The notes beneath the pieces are model-generated. The model ran no database searches, had not been told where the DNA came from, and saw nothing but the letters and a program-made list of their open reading frames with translations. Positions 27,788-42,519 of a stretch of DNA of 64,000 bases are shown here, in pieces. The stretch lies in NCBI RefSeq assembly GCF_006345805.1, contig NC_043008.1, positions 42,904,001 to 42,968,000 of the forward strand, read 5' to 3'. The first letter of the stretch is position 1. The number at the start of each line of letters is the position of its first letter. Both the position numbers and the translations under genes were made by a program. The DNA is from Octopus sinensis (taxonomy: Eukaryota).

Positions 27788-29859
27788 TTAGTTTGTCGAG
27801 AAAAAACTTTTGAATGCACCTCGTATAGGAAAAAATATGATAAACAGAGGTTGCAGTTTATATCATTTATTTCCTACAAACGTTTCGCCATTGTAGATAT
27901 TTGCATCCTCTACAGTGGTTATTCATTCTGCACTTTGATGCAGATCCACAATGGTTCTCCATCGGAACACTTTATTACATTATGTTGACACAGAGCAAAT
28001 GCATTTGATAACAATGTAATGAAGTTTGTCTCTGAAAAACCGTTGTGGATAAAAAACCGATTGTACTATGAACACCGACTGCAGAGGGTGCCAAAAGCCA
28101 CAACGGCGATATCATTATGTCTGTACCATATATCCGTGTTTACTTTACGATCATATAGAAAGTGTGTTTAAGTGGGTGTATATATTTGTTTATATAAGAA
28201 AATCATTTGTACATTATTATTAAATTATTGCATTCTTATTTAATAAAGCAAGTCAATTGTTGCTTTTCATTTGATCCGCTCCGATCATAAACAGCCACTA
28301 ATGACAAGGAGGATGTTTGAACAGAAATTGATCAAGCAACAGCGAAACTTCATTACGAACGATTTTTCACAAAAAACAAAACAAAAAGAAAACTGCTACA
28401 AGAATTTCTCGGACATCCAAGTACTGACCAGAAAGTATTATTATACTTCACGTTGCTCTGCGTTGAAATAATGCTTCCAGTGCGTTCTATTTTACAACAG
28501 CAGGAATTGTTCTTTAAATTCAAAATATAATAAGAATTTTGTCGAGATTGCCTACTCCAGTGCATATCAATGGGTCCAGTTATTATGAAAACCACAATAG
28601 TAGTGATACATTAATGAGTTTCTGTTTCCAAGAGAGCAGTGTGCTTGGCAACTGGTTGAACTAGTCTCCCGTTCTGTTGTTTGACCTCAGGTCAGTCATA
28701 ATTAGGCAGACTGGCAATCAAAGGCGTCCCAGTTATGCCCATCTTGTCTTATTTTCTTTTAATATCTCAAGAACATTGTCGAGCGTTCCCTTGAAAAAGA
28801 AAACAGCAGAATGTAACTTGAGGAAATCTGGCTAGTATTTCTAGCGGGCTGAGTTGCCACCTAGAGTTTCCCATGGCTTGTATTTTCGCGTATAAACGTT
28901 TTCGATGTTCTAATAGTAATCAAAATTCCTAATTTAAATAATGTTGAACAAGGTCGGTATAGCCGGGGCGTGTAAATATAGGGAGAATCGAAACCGTGCT
29001 CATATCTATTTGTGGCTTAATGTACAATTAGCTTCGATTAACATGTCAAATCAGTATCACCATTTGTACGCAACAGGATCGATATTAAATGAATACAGGT
29101 GTCTAGGAGAACATATTTACCGTTTCGACCCGACTCGCTGATAGCGGGCACTCGAAAAACAATCAAGATGGCAATCGTCGTTACTGATCACGTGATGTCT
29201 TATACTCGGTACTTCAGGTCTTGGAAGCAATATTTTTTTCAGTCAAGAATATGCGTATGTGTATGTGTAGGTGTGGGTGGTGGTGGTGGCGGCGGCGGCG
29301 ATGGTGGTGGTGTGTATATGTGTGCGCGTGTATACGCGCGCGTGTTTGTGCTGGTCTTCGTATGTGTCTTTATGTGAACATATTTATTATCTGGTTTTAT
29401 GTGTGAATGAATATATGTTAGTAAATATTTAAAAGTATATACTTATTAATATATTTGTATGAATGTACACCCCCCCACACACACTCTCTAACTACGCCAT
29501 TTTAAAATTAGTTCGTATAATGAACATATCTTGAGAGCTCTGACATCTTTAAAGAATTTAACAATTGTTCATATAAAATGGATATCATTCCATTTTGCTT
29601 TAAAGTCCTTTTGTAACAGACCTATCAGAGATCTCACAAAAGAATCGCTATTAATTCCTCGCATTTTATTCTCCATGTCACCAAACGTCTAAAGCTGATA
29701 ACAGGATCAGTGAAATATTCAATAATCATAACTCTAATAACCGTGACAAATCGAACTTCTTTCTCTAATATCGATTTCAGAGATTCAGCTGAATATGGAC
29801 GGTTCCGAAATCACCAGCACGTTAGGGGAAAATCGGAAGGACAGACTGGTATTTGGGGG

Positions 29860-30080
29860 GTGGATATGAGAGTACAGCAACGGTAGAGGACGCCTAGTAG
29901 AGTACATTGGTAGCAGGACTTATATAAGAGGAAGCTTCGATGTTAGGGATAATATAAGAAGGCACGACAACGCTTGGGGACATATGGGAGAGTAAGTACA
30001 CCGATGGCAGAGGACATATGATAGAGTACAGCAATAGTGGAAGACATATGGGTGAGTACCCGAATGGTAGGAGACATACA
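29860..30080. repeat. Degenerate minisatellite of about 30 bp
   Basis: Recurring units of the form gacatatg(g/a)(g/t)agagtac..aatggtaga. Confidence 0.6.
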
Positions 30081-30110
30081 AAGACACGCTAATATTAATG
30101 GTGTCACTCT

Positions 30111-30304
30111 AAGGCGGCGAGCTGGCAGAATCGTTAGGATGCTGGACATAATTGTTAGTAGCATTTCGCCGGTCTTTGCGCGCTGAGTTCAAACCCTGCC
30201 GAGGTCGACTTTATCTTTCATCCTTTCGGAGTTGACGAAATAAGAAGTTGAAGGCCTGTCCCCACCCGCTCAAATTGCTGGTCTTGTATCAACATTTGAA
30301 ACCC
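30111..30304 (+). mobile_element. SINE family A, near full length
   Basis: aaggcggcgagctggcagaatcgttag...ctgagttcaaa...gaggtcgacttt..tttcatcctttcgg...tttgaaacc. Confidence 0.85.
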
Positions 30305-30904
30305 TTATCATGGTGTCGTTCTTTATCCTCATCACCCCTGACGAATCAAAATAAAACCAATAAAACAAAAAGATGACTTTTGAAGAGTGTTCACGACTGT
30401 TGCTGCTGTGTAGCCCCTGGTCAGTCCCCGTCCAGTTGACCGTCGTTATGCATTTAGTCGACAGAACGACTAAACATCATCTATACATCTATGTTTTGTT
30501 TTTGATAATTTGAAGGCAATTTAACTGCCAATTCTAGCAAGTCGAGAGATCGATTAGAGGCTCCATCGTCTACGCCGTCATTCTACACGTTGCAAAACTT
30601 CTGACTGTCCAATAAATATATAATTATTTAATAACGGTTAATTATCGATTGATAAACTCTATAACATGTCAATTTAATTATAACTTCTTTCATTTTAATC
30701 GTCCGCCATTATTTGGGTTTAGAATTTGATAGGAATATCAGCGGTTTCGGTTGACTTTTAGTCTCACGTTCTACGTTGATGTAATTAGTATCGTCGTCGT
30801 CATGATGATGATGATGGTGCTGCTGCTGCTGATGGTGATGATGATGATGATGATGATGATGATCATCATCATCATCATCATCATTATCGTATGGACTTTA
30901 GCGT

Positions 30905-31245
30905 AAAGGTGCGTGGCTTAGTGGTTAGGGGATTGGTCTCACGATCGTAAAGTCATGAGTTCCATTCCCGGCGGAGCGTTGTGTCTTTAAGTAATTCGCT
31001 CTATTTCACTTTGTCCCCATTGTACCCAGCTGGCAAAAATGAGTTGTACCAGTAATTCAAAGGAGGAAGGGGGCAGCCTTGTAACATTCTGTGTCACGCT
31101 GAATCTCTCTCAGAACTACGTTAAGCGCATGCGTATCTGTGGAGTCCTCAGCCACTTGTTCATTAATTGTATAAGCGGGCTATTCCATCGAAGAGATCAA
31201 CTGGAACCCTCGTCGTCGTAACCGACAGAATGCCAGTTTTTGCAT
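30905..31245 (+). mobile_element. tRNA-derived SINE family D
   Basis: A box-like tggcttagtggttag and B box-like gagttccattccc. Tail ctggaaccctcgtcgtcgtaaccgacaga matches 33605-33917 in reverse. Confidence 0.8.
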
Positions 31246-32300
31246 TACAAGCATCAAGGGCCATTGATCTGTTTTACATGTCTGATTTTCGACAAATGGC
31301 CTTCTTGACACCATTCAACGGAACACGCAACGCACTTTCAATTGAATGGGTTGGAGCAAGCTGAACAAAAACAAAACAAAAAAAAAATACGAAATTGTCC
31401 TTGCCTAAAAAACGCTGTCGACTTCAGGAATCGATCCTATAACGTTGCTATTCTCAGTCCAACAGTCCAATTCGTTCAATCTTGATGTAATAGGATATTT
31501 ATCCTTACCACGTTACAGTAAATATGTTACCTCAGTTGTGTTACCCAAATTGCATCCCACCCTTAAGTTACCTCGATTGTGTTACACCGACTATCTTACT
31601 CCGGTTTTAGGACAATATTATCATACTTCAACATTATATTTCGCTTCAGTTTTCGTGACGTCACTATAGCAACATCATGTTGGAAGTGCTTACTTCCACT
31701 TTGTTTGTTTCTTTCTTTCTCCCAATTAAGCGAAGAAATACTTCTGCCTCACGTTGTAATTTACTCCATCTCACAAGATTGATTTAAATTAGATCCAGAC
31801 CTCTATAACAATAGTATTTTCTGAACCCTCACTGACCAAACAATTGTCCGTCTCAGACACAGAGTTGTCAACAATTTGTGTGGCCAGTAAGTTTACAAAA
31901 TCTTTTATTAACTGTATTCATACACCGTTACTTCTCCCTACACGAAATAGAATGAAATTCTGTGCTGAAGAACAAGTCAGACTCTATCAGCAACCAAATT
32001 GACAAACTGTTACTTTCAATTTGTTCCACAAACTCTCCACGGAGAGCTAATTACTGACTTCCACTCAAATTGTGTCCATTAGACACACGTTGTGCTTCAC
32101 TTTCGTCGCCCCCATTTTTTTTGTTCTTAATCGCCTTTCTTACCCATTTCTTCTCTTTATTTCATTCTTCGTTTTTTGTTCATTCGATCTCTTTCCAGAA
32201 ACTTCGGTGTGTTTCTATGTTTCTTTCTCATTAATGATTTCCGTTCAACTCTATTGGTCGTCTTCGCACAGAAATATACGGCCAAAACTCGCGCAGATGC

Positions 32301-32366
<66 letters not shown>

Positions 32367-32561
32367 ATCTATCAGTCTGTCTGTCAATCTGTCCGCCCGC
32401 CTGCCCGCTTGCCTGTCTGTCTGTCTGTCTTTATACACACACACACGCACACACACACACACACACACACCACACGCACACACACACACACACATATATA
32501 TATGTATATATATATAACCTCTGTTGTAGATATATTAGCAGACAGACAGGCAGGCTATTTG

Positions 32562-32661
<100 letters not shown>

Positions 32662-32664
32662 CAT

Positions 32665-32756
32665 ATGATGGTATCTAGGAAAAAAAAACACGGTATTGGC
32701 TGCTTATTTCTCTTGAGATTAGTCAAAGGGATGAAGACATCTCTGATGAGAATCCA

Positions 32757-32830
<74 letters not shown>

Positions 32831-32886
32831 CATATATATATATATATAATATATATATATATAATATATATATATATATGTGTGTG

Positions 32887-32945
<59 letters not shown>

Positions 32946-33139
32946 TGTATGTATAACCCCTGTAGTAGATATATGAACAAGCCAAAAGTAACTAGATTGA
33001 AAAGATTGAAAAGATGCTGAACATCTTCAATCGATATTGGAACCTTATTGGATTCTCATCAGAGACGTCTTCATCCCTTTGACTAATCTCAAGAGAAATA
33101 AGCAGCCAATACCGTGTTTTTTTTCCTAGATACCATCAT
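32665..33139. repeat. Inverted repeat, arms about 95 bp (32665-32759 and 33046-33139)
   Basis: Arms are reverse complements apart from one substitution (gacat/gacgt) and an A9/T8 homopolymer difference. The spacer is largely (TA)n. Confidence 0.9.
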
Positions 33140-33604
33140 TTCGTGTCCTGAATTAAACGCACATATAAACACCTGTATTTTGCTGCGCACAGAGGTGTTA
33201 TGTGAAGAAAATTGCTTGTTCCTCCTACACGTGTGACAAAGAATAGTGTGGCGTTAGGGCCTGAAATTGCGATTGTGCTGGTTGGAAATATGAGGGTGGA
33301 AATAATTTCGAGATGTTCTGTTTGTCTGTCGTGATAGTCTGTGTCTATCACGATGAATACATCACTCTCCCTCTTCTCTCCCCCCTTTCTCTCTCCTTCT
33401 TCCTTTTCTCTCTCTCGGATACAGTATTCCAGAAACTCACACGCACACGTATACATTCATGCGTTTATTCGGTCATAAATTTCATACATACATGCGTACG
33501 AGTATACATGCGTACGTATTGACACATGCACATACACATACATACACAGACATACATACGTACATACATTCAAGCATATATACAAGCATACATACATAAA
33601 AATA

Positions 33605-33917
33605 ATCTGGCACTCTGTCGGTTACGACGACGAGGGTTCCAGTTGATCCGATCAACGGAACAGCTTGCTCGCGAGATTAACGTGCAAGTGGGTGAGTACT
33701 CCACAGACACACGTACCCCTTCACATACTTTTCAGAGAGATTCAGCATGACACAGAGTATGACAAGGCTGGTCCCTTGAAATGCAGGTACTACTGAGTGG
33801 ACTAGAGCAACGTGTAATACAGTGTCTTGCTCAAGGACAAAACACACGGCCGGGAATCGAACTCGTGACCCTACGATCGCGAGCCCAGTACGCTAACCAC
33901 TAAGCCTCGCGCCTTCA
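33605..33917 (-). mobile_element. tRNA-derived SINE family D
   Basis: Minus strand ggcgcgaggcttagtggttagcg...gagttcgattcccggcc gives clear A and B boxes, followed by the ccttgagcaagacact core. Confidence 0.85.
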
Positions 33918-34048
33918 TACATACATGCATACATAATACATAAATACATACATACATACATGTGTCTTACAAGATATATTCAAGGTAACAACGACCAAGT
34001 TTCTTTTCACGATGGATGATAGTCATCACAATGTGACCATATATATAT

Positions 34049-34091
<43 letters not shown>

Positions 34092-34639
34092 ATATACATA
34101 CATAAATACATACACTCACATTATATATATTCAATCTGGCACACTCACACACACGCACACACACGCGTAGATCTATATAGCGTGAGTGTTTGTGTTCGAT
34201 ATTCAAAAGGCATATCTATTCTCCACACTATAGCAAGTTTTCCTATAATATTTATCTATATTTTTCATCTATCGATCTCCAAATGTCTTTCCTGTTGCAA
34301 CATTCTGCTCCCCCCCACCACCTCCAACCCCTCACAGAGTCGTCAGTTCCAGAATAAACGTAAAATGGTAGTGAAAAATCAACTTCAAAAGAAGTTTAAT
34401 CCTGCAGAGTTTCTTTGGCATCGAACTGTCAGCCAATAAATTCATAGTTTTTATAGGATGTGTTGATTAAATTTTATTGAACACACAGAATATGAAGCAA
34501 TATTTATTACGTAACTGTTCGATGCGAGCGAGACATTTATTTGAAGAATATTTTACACACAACAGCGATAAAAGAAACCCCGCGATAACTGTGCATCTGC
34601 AATGGTGAAAAACTTTCCATTTACATTTGCACACACACA

Positions 34640-34914
34640 CACACGCACAAGCACAACCTATGCATTTACATACACACATGCATATATGTGGTGTGTATAT
34701 ATATATACATATATATATATATTATATATTTATTATATACACACATATGTATGTATATATATATACACACACATATATATATATGTATGTATATGTATAT
34801 ATATACATATATATATATATATAATATATATAGTATATATATGTATATATATACTATATATATTCTATATATATATATATAGGTATATATGTATATATGT
34901 ATATATATACATAT

Positions 34915-34955
<41 letters not shown>

Positions 34956-35020
34956 GTATATATATACATATATATATATTATATATATATATATATATGT
35001 AATATGTATATATATATACT

Positions 35021-35057
<37 letters not shown>

Positions 35058-35065
35058 GTATAATG

Positions 35066-35110
<45 letters not shown>
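34640..35110. repeat. Long imperfect (TA)n array
   Basis: Seen directly. Confidence 0.95.
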
Positions 35111-35265
35111 GATAAATAGATAGATATATGTATGTATATAGCCAGAGACAGCACAACAGGTTGTGTTGATGTTTTCAAAAATATTCGAGACAAATTAATC
35201 CATATAGGCTTTGACACAGTTATGTTTTTTATGTGTTTATGTATGAATACGTATGTGTCCACGAA

Positions 35266-35325
<60 letters not shown>

Positions 35326-35488
35326 TTATATATATAGTATATATATATTATTATATTATGTATATATGTATGCATAATAATGGAAGTCCTATATTTTTAA
35401 AAGAGACAAAAAGATTCCGACTGTCGTAAACATTTTCCACCCGAGAGCATTAGCGGCTGCAACTCTATGATGCAAGACACGCTCACAC

Positions 35489-35534
<46 letters not shown>

Positions 35535-36377
35535 GTATATATATGTATATATAGTGTATGTATACGTAAATATATGTATGCATGTATGTATGAGACAGAC
35601 GTGCCTAGCTTTTCTCAGATCATCGAAATAAAATGCCTCATTTATATTTGTGATCTAGACTGGACAATTTGTTGAGATTCCATTTGGTTTGAAAGGTACC
35701 ACGACCACCCGGCAAATGATAGATACAAAGATCGACTCTTGACTAGGCTCGGTTTCCTTTCTCCGTCTGTGAGTGTGTGTACCTAAGGACATAGATAACT
35801 CGAGAAACATGGAGTAGCAATGGGATGAATCCTGAGTATCTCTCTCTCTCCACACACACACAAACAGATATAACCATACTAACACACATACATATGCATG
35901 TGAATAAAAGTGCGTATCTATATGTACAGATATATATATTTATATATATATATATATAATTAATAATATCAAAGGATAATCAGAAATATTTGAAATTTCA
36001 ATAAAAAGTGGCCTAGCGTGTAAAAATTTAGTCAATAGACAATATATTTCTCATATAAATACAGTGTACATTTAAACACATAAGATGCATCCATCATAGG
36101 ACTCCTTGCACGCTAGAGAGGACAGTTAAATTGCAAACTACTATTAAGGATAAAATTCGAAGGGAATGAAAAGTAAAAACATTTACCATCTAACTCCTGG
36201 ACCAATGGTTTCAGACTTTTTTTTAGCAAATAAAATAATTTGCTAGGCGAAGTCTTCTTCAGTAGGTACAAAATATATTAAATTTATATACACGAGGCAA
36301 TCCAGTATATGCCCCGCGCTTATACATTCTAATTTATATATATGTATATATATATATATATTCTCTTCTTCTCTTGG

Positions 36378-36527
36378 CACAAGGCCTGAAATTGTTAGGG
36401 TACTAAATCTATCTATTCGTACCGAAAGGATGAAAGGCAAAGTCGACAGCGGCGGAATTTGAACTCACAACGTAAAGACATACGAAATACCGCTAAGCAT
36501 TTCGCCCGGCGTGCCAACGTTTCTGCA
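36378..36527 (-). mobile_element. SINE family A copy
   Basis: ggcacaaggcctgaa...gatgaaaggcaaagtcgac..ggaatttgaactc...cgtaaagaca.acgaaataccgctaagcatttcgccc. Confidence 0.8.
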
Positions 36528-36769
36528 TGTATATATACATGTGTGTGTGTATGCTTTCAGTGACACACACACACACACACTCACACACACACACATCTAT
36601 ATATAAACTACGTGATTCCCAGTAAATAAATGCTGCTACCTTTGTTTCCAGATTTCCTTTTCAAGATGTTTTAACTCGTTTCTTTTCTTCAAAAAATACT
36701 TCCTTTCACGTCTTATATCTTTATTTCCATATAAAGCTAAACATCTCTCCATTGATGTCTCTTACCTAT

Positions 36770-37050
<281 letters not shown>

Positions 37051-37778
37051 TTTCTTTGTGGTGTTTGTTTTCCGTTTTCTTTTTCCTTCACCGATCGATT
37101 AAACTTGCAAGCCATTCTGCATTCTGCTTTCGGTTCGTGTCCGACATCCATATGCATGTTGCACCGTTTTCTGCAGCTAGTAATGATGGAAGCACAGAAG
37201 ATCACAAAAGATATGCAGAAAGTATTGAAAGCTTTCCATACATAGAGATACGGAGCAAACAGTAACAACAACAAAAACAAGAACAAGAGCAGCAGCAGCA
37301 GTAGCAAGAAGAAGAAGAAAAAAGAGCGGGAATAAAGAAAACTTCATGAACACGTCCATGACTGAAGTCACGTTCGTCTATTGTGTGAGTTGTTTAGTTT
37401 AAAGTAACGAGAACGATGCTTTGCCCATCCTTTATCAAAGATAATATATATTTACATATATATACACACACACCGATATATATATATTTACATATATATA
37501 CATATATATATGTAGATATATATATATGTAGATATATATATGTACATATAATATATGCATATCTATGTATATAGATGCATATGCATATATGTATATATAT
37601 TAATATATATATATATATTATATATATATATATACACACACACACATACTGACATGTTTATGAATATGTATCGGTATTTACATATATGTATCAGTATGTA
37701 TGAATATTTACAAGATACATATATACATATTTATGTATCTATGCATATATATATATATATATATATCTATATATATAT

Positions 37779-37848
<70 letters not shown>

Positions 37849-38779
37849 GTGTGTGTATGTACAAGATACAGTACACTATACAGTAGAATATATGCATAGA
37901 AATGTATGTGTATAGCATATATAAATGAATAAGTATGCGTATATACTTATATATATATATATATATATATATATAAGTATATATGCATACATGATGCAAG
38001 CACACACACACATATGGGTGAAGAAACGGAATAAAGACGCTTTCAAAACGTTGAAAGTGAAGCATCGTCTGCGTCCATGAAACTTTGAGTAATGTGGTAA
38101 ATCAACGCATTTCTTACGCGTCAGACAAGACAAATGGTTATTTCCAATTTTTCGCAAACTAAAATATTGCAGTTTCGGGTGAGTGATCTAAATTTCCATG
38201 GTCTGTAGCCTGTATCGTAGCAGAGAACCATACTTAACGAGCTCGGGACACGAAATCCAGATATGTAAACAATTATTTCGTTTAAAACTTTTAAGACTTG
38301 CTCGCTCTCCCTTTCCGCAGCATAGTTCAGCCGATTAAGGATCTATTGGTTTGGCATTGCTCCTTCGGAAACATATAGACATGTAGGCAAAGACAATCTT
38401 CGTAGACTCAGAGAGTAGATCTTTGGTCCTAGATGTAAGCACCAATAGAATACTTCCAGATATGTGACCGCTTGTAAAACTCAGTGTCTGTAAAACCTGG
38501 TTTCTTTAAAAAAGTAGAAGTTTTCATATAAAAAAATCACTCGTTAGTGTTATTGCGCAACAAGGATGGTATTTTGAATGTAGCCAGGGATTGCCAGAAC
38601 ACGCTAGCGGATCATCCAGGACATAAAAAGACAGATTACTTTAAGTTAGCTAATAGGGATTGAATAAGTTGTCCATGGTGCTGGATAGTGGCTACACTGT
38701 CCACAGGTGCTTGATAAGCACAGTCGACTTAAACAAGACTAAAAGTCAGAGTCACGGGTACTAGGCAATGAATGCATCG

Positions 38780-39300
38780 TTCTCTAAGATTTCAAGAATT
38801 GGCGCAACGAATTAGGTAAGAGAGAAGTGACGGGTGAAAATATTGATAACAGTGCGACATTAATCGCTGGATTGTTGAGATATCTGCAACTTCGTACAAG
38901 AAGGTATGTTGATGGATGGATGTAGAAAGGAATATGAAGGTCCTGATGACCCACGACGACCACAGAGCAACCCCAAGACTGTACCTGGAAAACCTCAACT
39001 CAACCTGAGATCATTTGTAGAATCATAATTCATCTGTTGACCAGAACGAGGTGTTGACCAGGTCCGTCAGTGGTCTTAAAAACTAAATATAAGTAAATGA
39101 AATAAGCATGGTGTGAGTGTCATAGCCATTGTTTTATGAAGCGGAGGAGTCAATGGAGGCTGGAAGGTTGTGGAAAAGTGTCCTGGAGGAAGTTTTCTAC
39201 AAAAAGAAGTGCAGAAGAGAAAAATGAGTTCAAAGAGGTAACAGCAATGAGGTGGAGGACATGTTATTCTGGAAGATTCAGAGTCGTTCGAAGAGCCAAC
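38780..39300 (+). mobile_element. Heavily degraded R4-like RT fragment
   Basis: Frames give EVTGENI..LIAGLLRY and MKVLMTHDDHRATPRLYLE, resembling the post-RT segment seen at 18335-19965. Weak similarity judged by eye. Confidence 0.4.
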
Positions 39301-40319
39301 ATCTGTCGGATACCCGGCATGAAAGAAGAATATGAAGACGATGTGGTGATAGGGGTGGAGGTAATAGAACCAGAAAGATAAAAATAGTCAGGTAATAAAT
39401 ACATACAAAACATGACTGTGGCAAAGCAATATACACGTGGATGGCGCGTCATCTTCTGAAACGGGAAAATCCAAAAGAGGCGGCGGATTGTTTTGCTTTT
39501 ACCTGGTCTAATCCAGAGGCCTCTCATGGCTTGTTTTGACTGCGTCCGGCTCTTGTTTGAGCAGTGGAAGACTGTTGGAATGGTAGGGTGGTTCCATCGA
39601 AAGTACGAAGTGGATTCTCATCCAAGTGGTATTTTTTGTTTATATTTCGTTCAATTATATTCGAACGTGTGTATGTGTGTGTGTGTTTCCTGTGTGCCCG
39701 ACACTGTAGCTGTAACATCGTCTGCGTATTCATTCTCGAACGAAAGAAGGCGACTCTGGCGGACAGGCAGAATGTACGAAGTGCATCTGTTCCGATAGAC
39801 GACCGTTTATTGTGATCGCGGAACAATTTACCGTTATCTATTGTAGTGATCCTGGGAATATGCTTCAAGATTTCTATCCACTCCATTCGGCAGCCTCGTC
39901 CAGCTGTTAGTTTAAGGGTAATTGAAACCCTTTCTCATCTTTTGCACAGGAGATATTTTCCTCCTGGCTAATTCTTGGATAAGACCCTCATATTAGAAGT
40001 GATTTTCTAACTCAACATGTTGGAGTCATGTTGTTTATTATTGTTTTTGTCCCACTTGCTCATATCCAATGCGTCTCCTTGATTAGCAACGCTGGCAAAA
40101 ATGATATTGTTGTCAAGGCAAATAAATGTTTTCGTTTAAAAATTGCTTTATATTTGACAAAGTGTATTTATATGTTTGTTTAAGAGAGTTAATAATTTTT
40201 TACTGCCTTTGTACCATTTATTTTTAATTTCCGCGTTAGTTTTCTCGGGAAGTTTCCTGGTACTTTAGAAGCAGAAGCTACCATGTAATGAATGTGAACT
40301 CGAAATGAAATTTCCCCAA

Positions 40320-40365
40320 GACACCTGATGAAGGCTGGAGGGTATATCAGCCGAAACGTTGTGTT
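40320..40365 (+). ncRNA. Minimal type I hammerhead ribozyme motif (Penelope-like element type)
   Basis: GACAC CUGAUGA A GGCUG-GAGGGUAUAU-CAGCC GAA AC GU U GUGUU. Core is intact, stems I and II are 5 bp each, stem III is the ACGU palindrome and the cleavage triplet is GUU. Confidence 0.7.
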
Positions 40366-41246
40366 AACAACAAACAAGATGAGGACAAATATCCGTTAAA
40401 CGTAAATATGTAAATAATGCTCCGATTTCATAATTACTCAAGAAGGCATCGTCAGTTAGCTACTCCCCCCAAAATGACAATGTAAACCTCATATAATGAA
40501 GATATCTTCGGTCTGATGAGCAGTTTAGTACTCGCCATTGTGTAATTATTACATCAGAGGATTTGCTAGCAAGGAAACATACGTAGTGTGCATTCTACCT
40601 GTTCCACTCCCTGAATTTCGATATATTGATATATATATATATATATGTATGTGTGGGTGTGTGTTAATGTTTGCGTTCGTACCCCCTCACTACTTGACAG
40701 CCGGTGTTAGTTTGATTACGTCCGCTAAATATAGGATAAGTACCAGGCTTAAAAAATATACGGAGGTCGATTCATCCGACTAAAACTTCTTCAAGGCGAT
40801 GTCCCAGCATGGCCGCAGTCTAATGACTGAAACGAGTAAAAGATAAGAGATAAAAAAAATAACCCAGATAACTCTGTTGAGTCCAAGATATTGGTTCTGT
40901 TAGTGAGGAATTCCAAATTCCTCTCTCTGTAAGGTAGTTCTCTTTTCCAGAGCCTTAGCAGGAAGCGTCCGCTCGCTCTAAAATCAGAACAACGACAATA
41001 ACAACAGCAATAAGAACAACAAAAACAATTTGAATAATTAACAATAACAAAAGACAGTTTAACTGGAATAGTAATATTTAATTTTAAACGAAGAAGGAAT
41101 ACTTGATGAGTCATAATACAGTTCAAGGCTGTCACTGAGTGTATAGAGGTATGTGTGTGTGTCTGCAGGTATGTATGTGTAAGTAGTATGTGTGTATGCA
41201 TGTATGTATAAAATGAGTGTATATATATATATATATATATATATAC

Positions 41247-41278
<32 letters not shown>

Positions 41279-41496
41279 TATACATATATACATATGTTTA
41301 TGTATATGTATATATAATATTAGTGTTTGCTTTTATGTTTAAATAAAAACAATTGTACATTAAAATGAGGAGGATTACTCAATCCATTTGGTAGAGTATA
41401 AACATATTCTTTAGCAAGAATAGCATTGACAGTGACTTCGAAGTCAGCTATCAATACTATTCTTGTTAATGAATAATAAATATGTATGTGTGTGTA

Positions 41497-41528
<32 letters not shown>

Positions 41529-41899
41529 ATATGTATATATATATTATATATATGTATATATATATGTATATATATATATATATATATGTATGTATATATA
41601 TATATATATATGTATATAAACATGTACATGAGTGTATGTATATGCATATAGGGAGCAATGTAAGAATATAACTGGTTTTGAAGAGGCAAGGTAAATGGAG
41701 ATGATAACAGGGGAGATAACCCTGCAAATAGAGGCAGTCAGTGTGGAGAAACCGGTGCAGTTGTAAATAACTAAAGAGAAACGTGCAGAGCAGTGTATGG
41801 GTGTATAGAGAATATATGTACACATCGGTCTCATATACATACATACATACATACATATATATATAATAATATATATATATATATATATATATTATTAAT

Positions 41900-41951
<52 letters not shown>

Positions 41952-42340
41952 ATATATACATATGTACATATGTGTATATATGTATATATATATGTATATA
42001 TATATTACATTATATATATATATATATATGTATATATAGGGTGTATTCATATCTTCCACCACGTCTGATGGATTAAATGCAAATGACTAATAAAATACGT
42101 TGTAACAATCATCGTGTCTGTCGATATTGATGAAGATATATACAAAAACAGAGACACACAGACACACACACACATATATACGCATAGATATACATATATC
42201 TGTCGTGTATGTATATATGTATCCCCTTCTTTCTCTCTCTTTTTCTCTCTCTCCCTCTCTCTCTCAATATATATATATATGTATATGCATATAATAATAT
42301 ATGTATAGCCATATAAGTATATTTATACATACACACACAT

Positions 42341-42379
<39 letters not shown>

Positions 42380-42417
42380 ACGTTTATATACATACATGTA
42401 TAACGTATATAATTACG

Positions 42418-42481
<64 letters not shown>

Positions 42482-42519
42482 ACATACACACACACACACA
42501 CACATAGTGTATGTATATG

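Noticed and set aside
30905-30975. tRNA-like sequences here and at about 33845-33917 and 60880-60948 as tRNA genes
   Set aside because: They continue into shared SINE bodies and lack a clean cloverleaf and oligo-T terminator.
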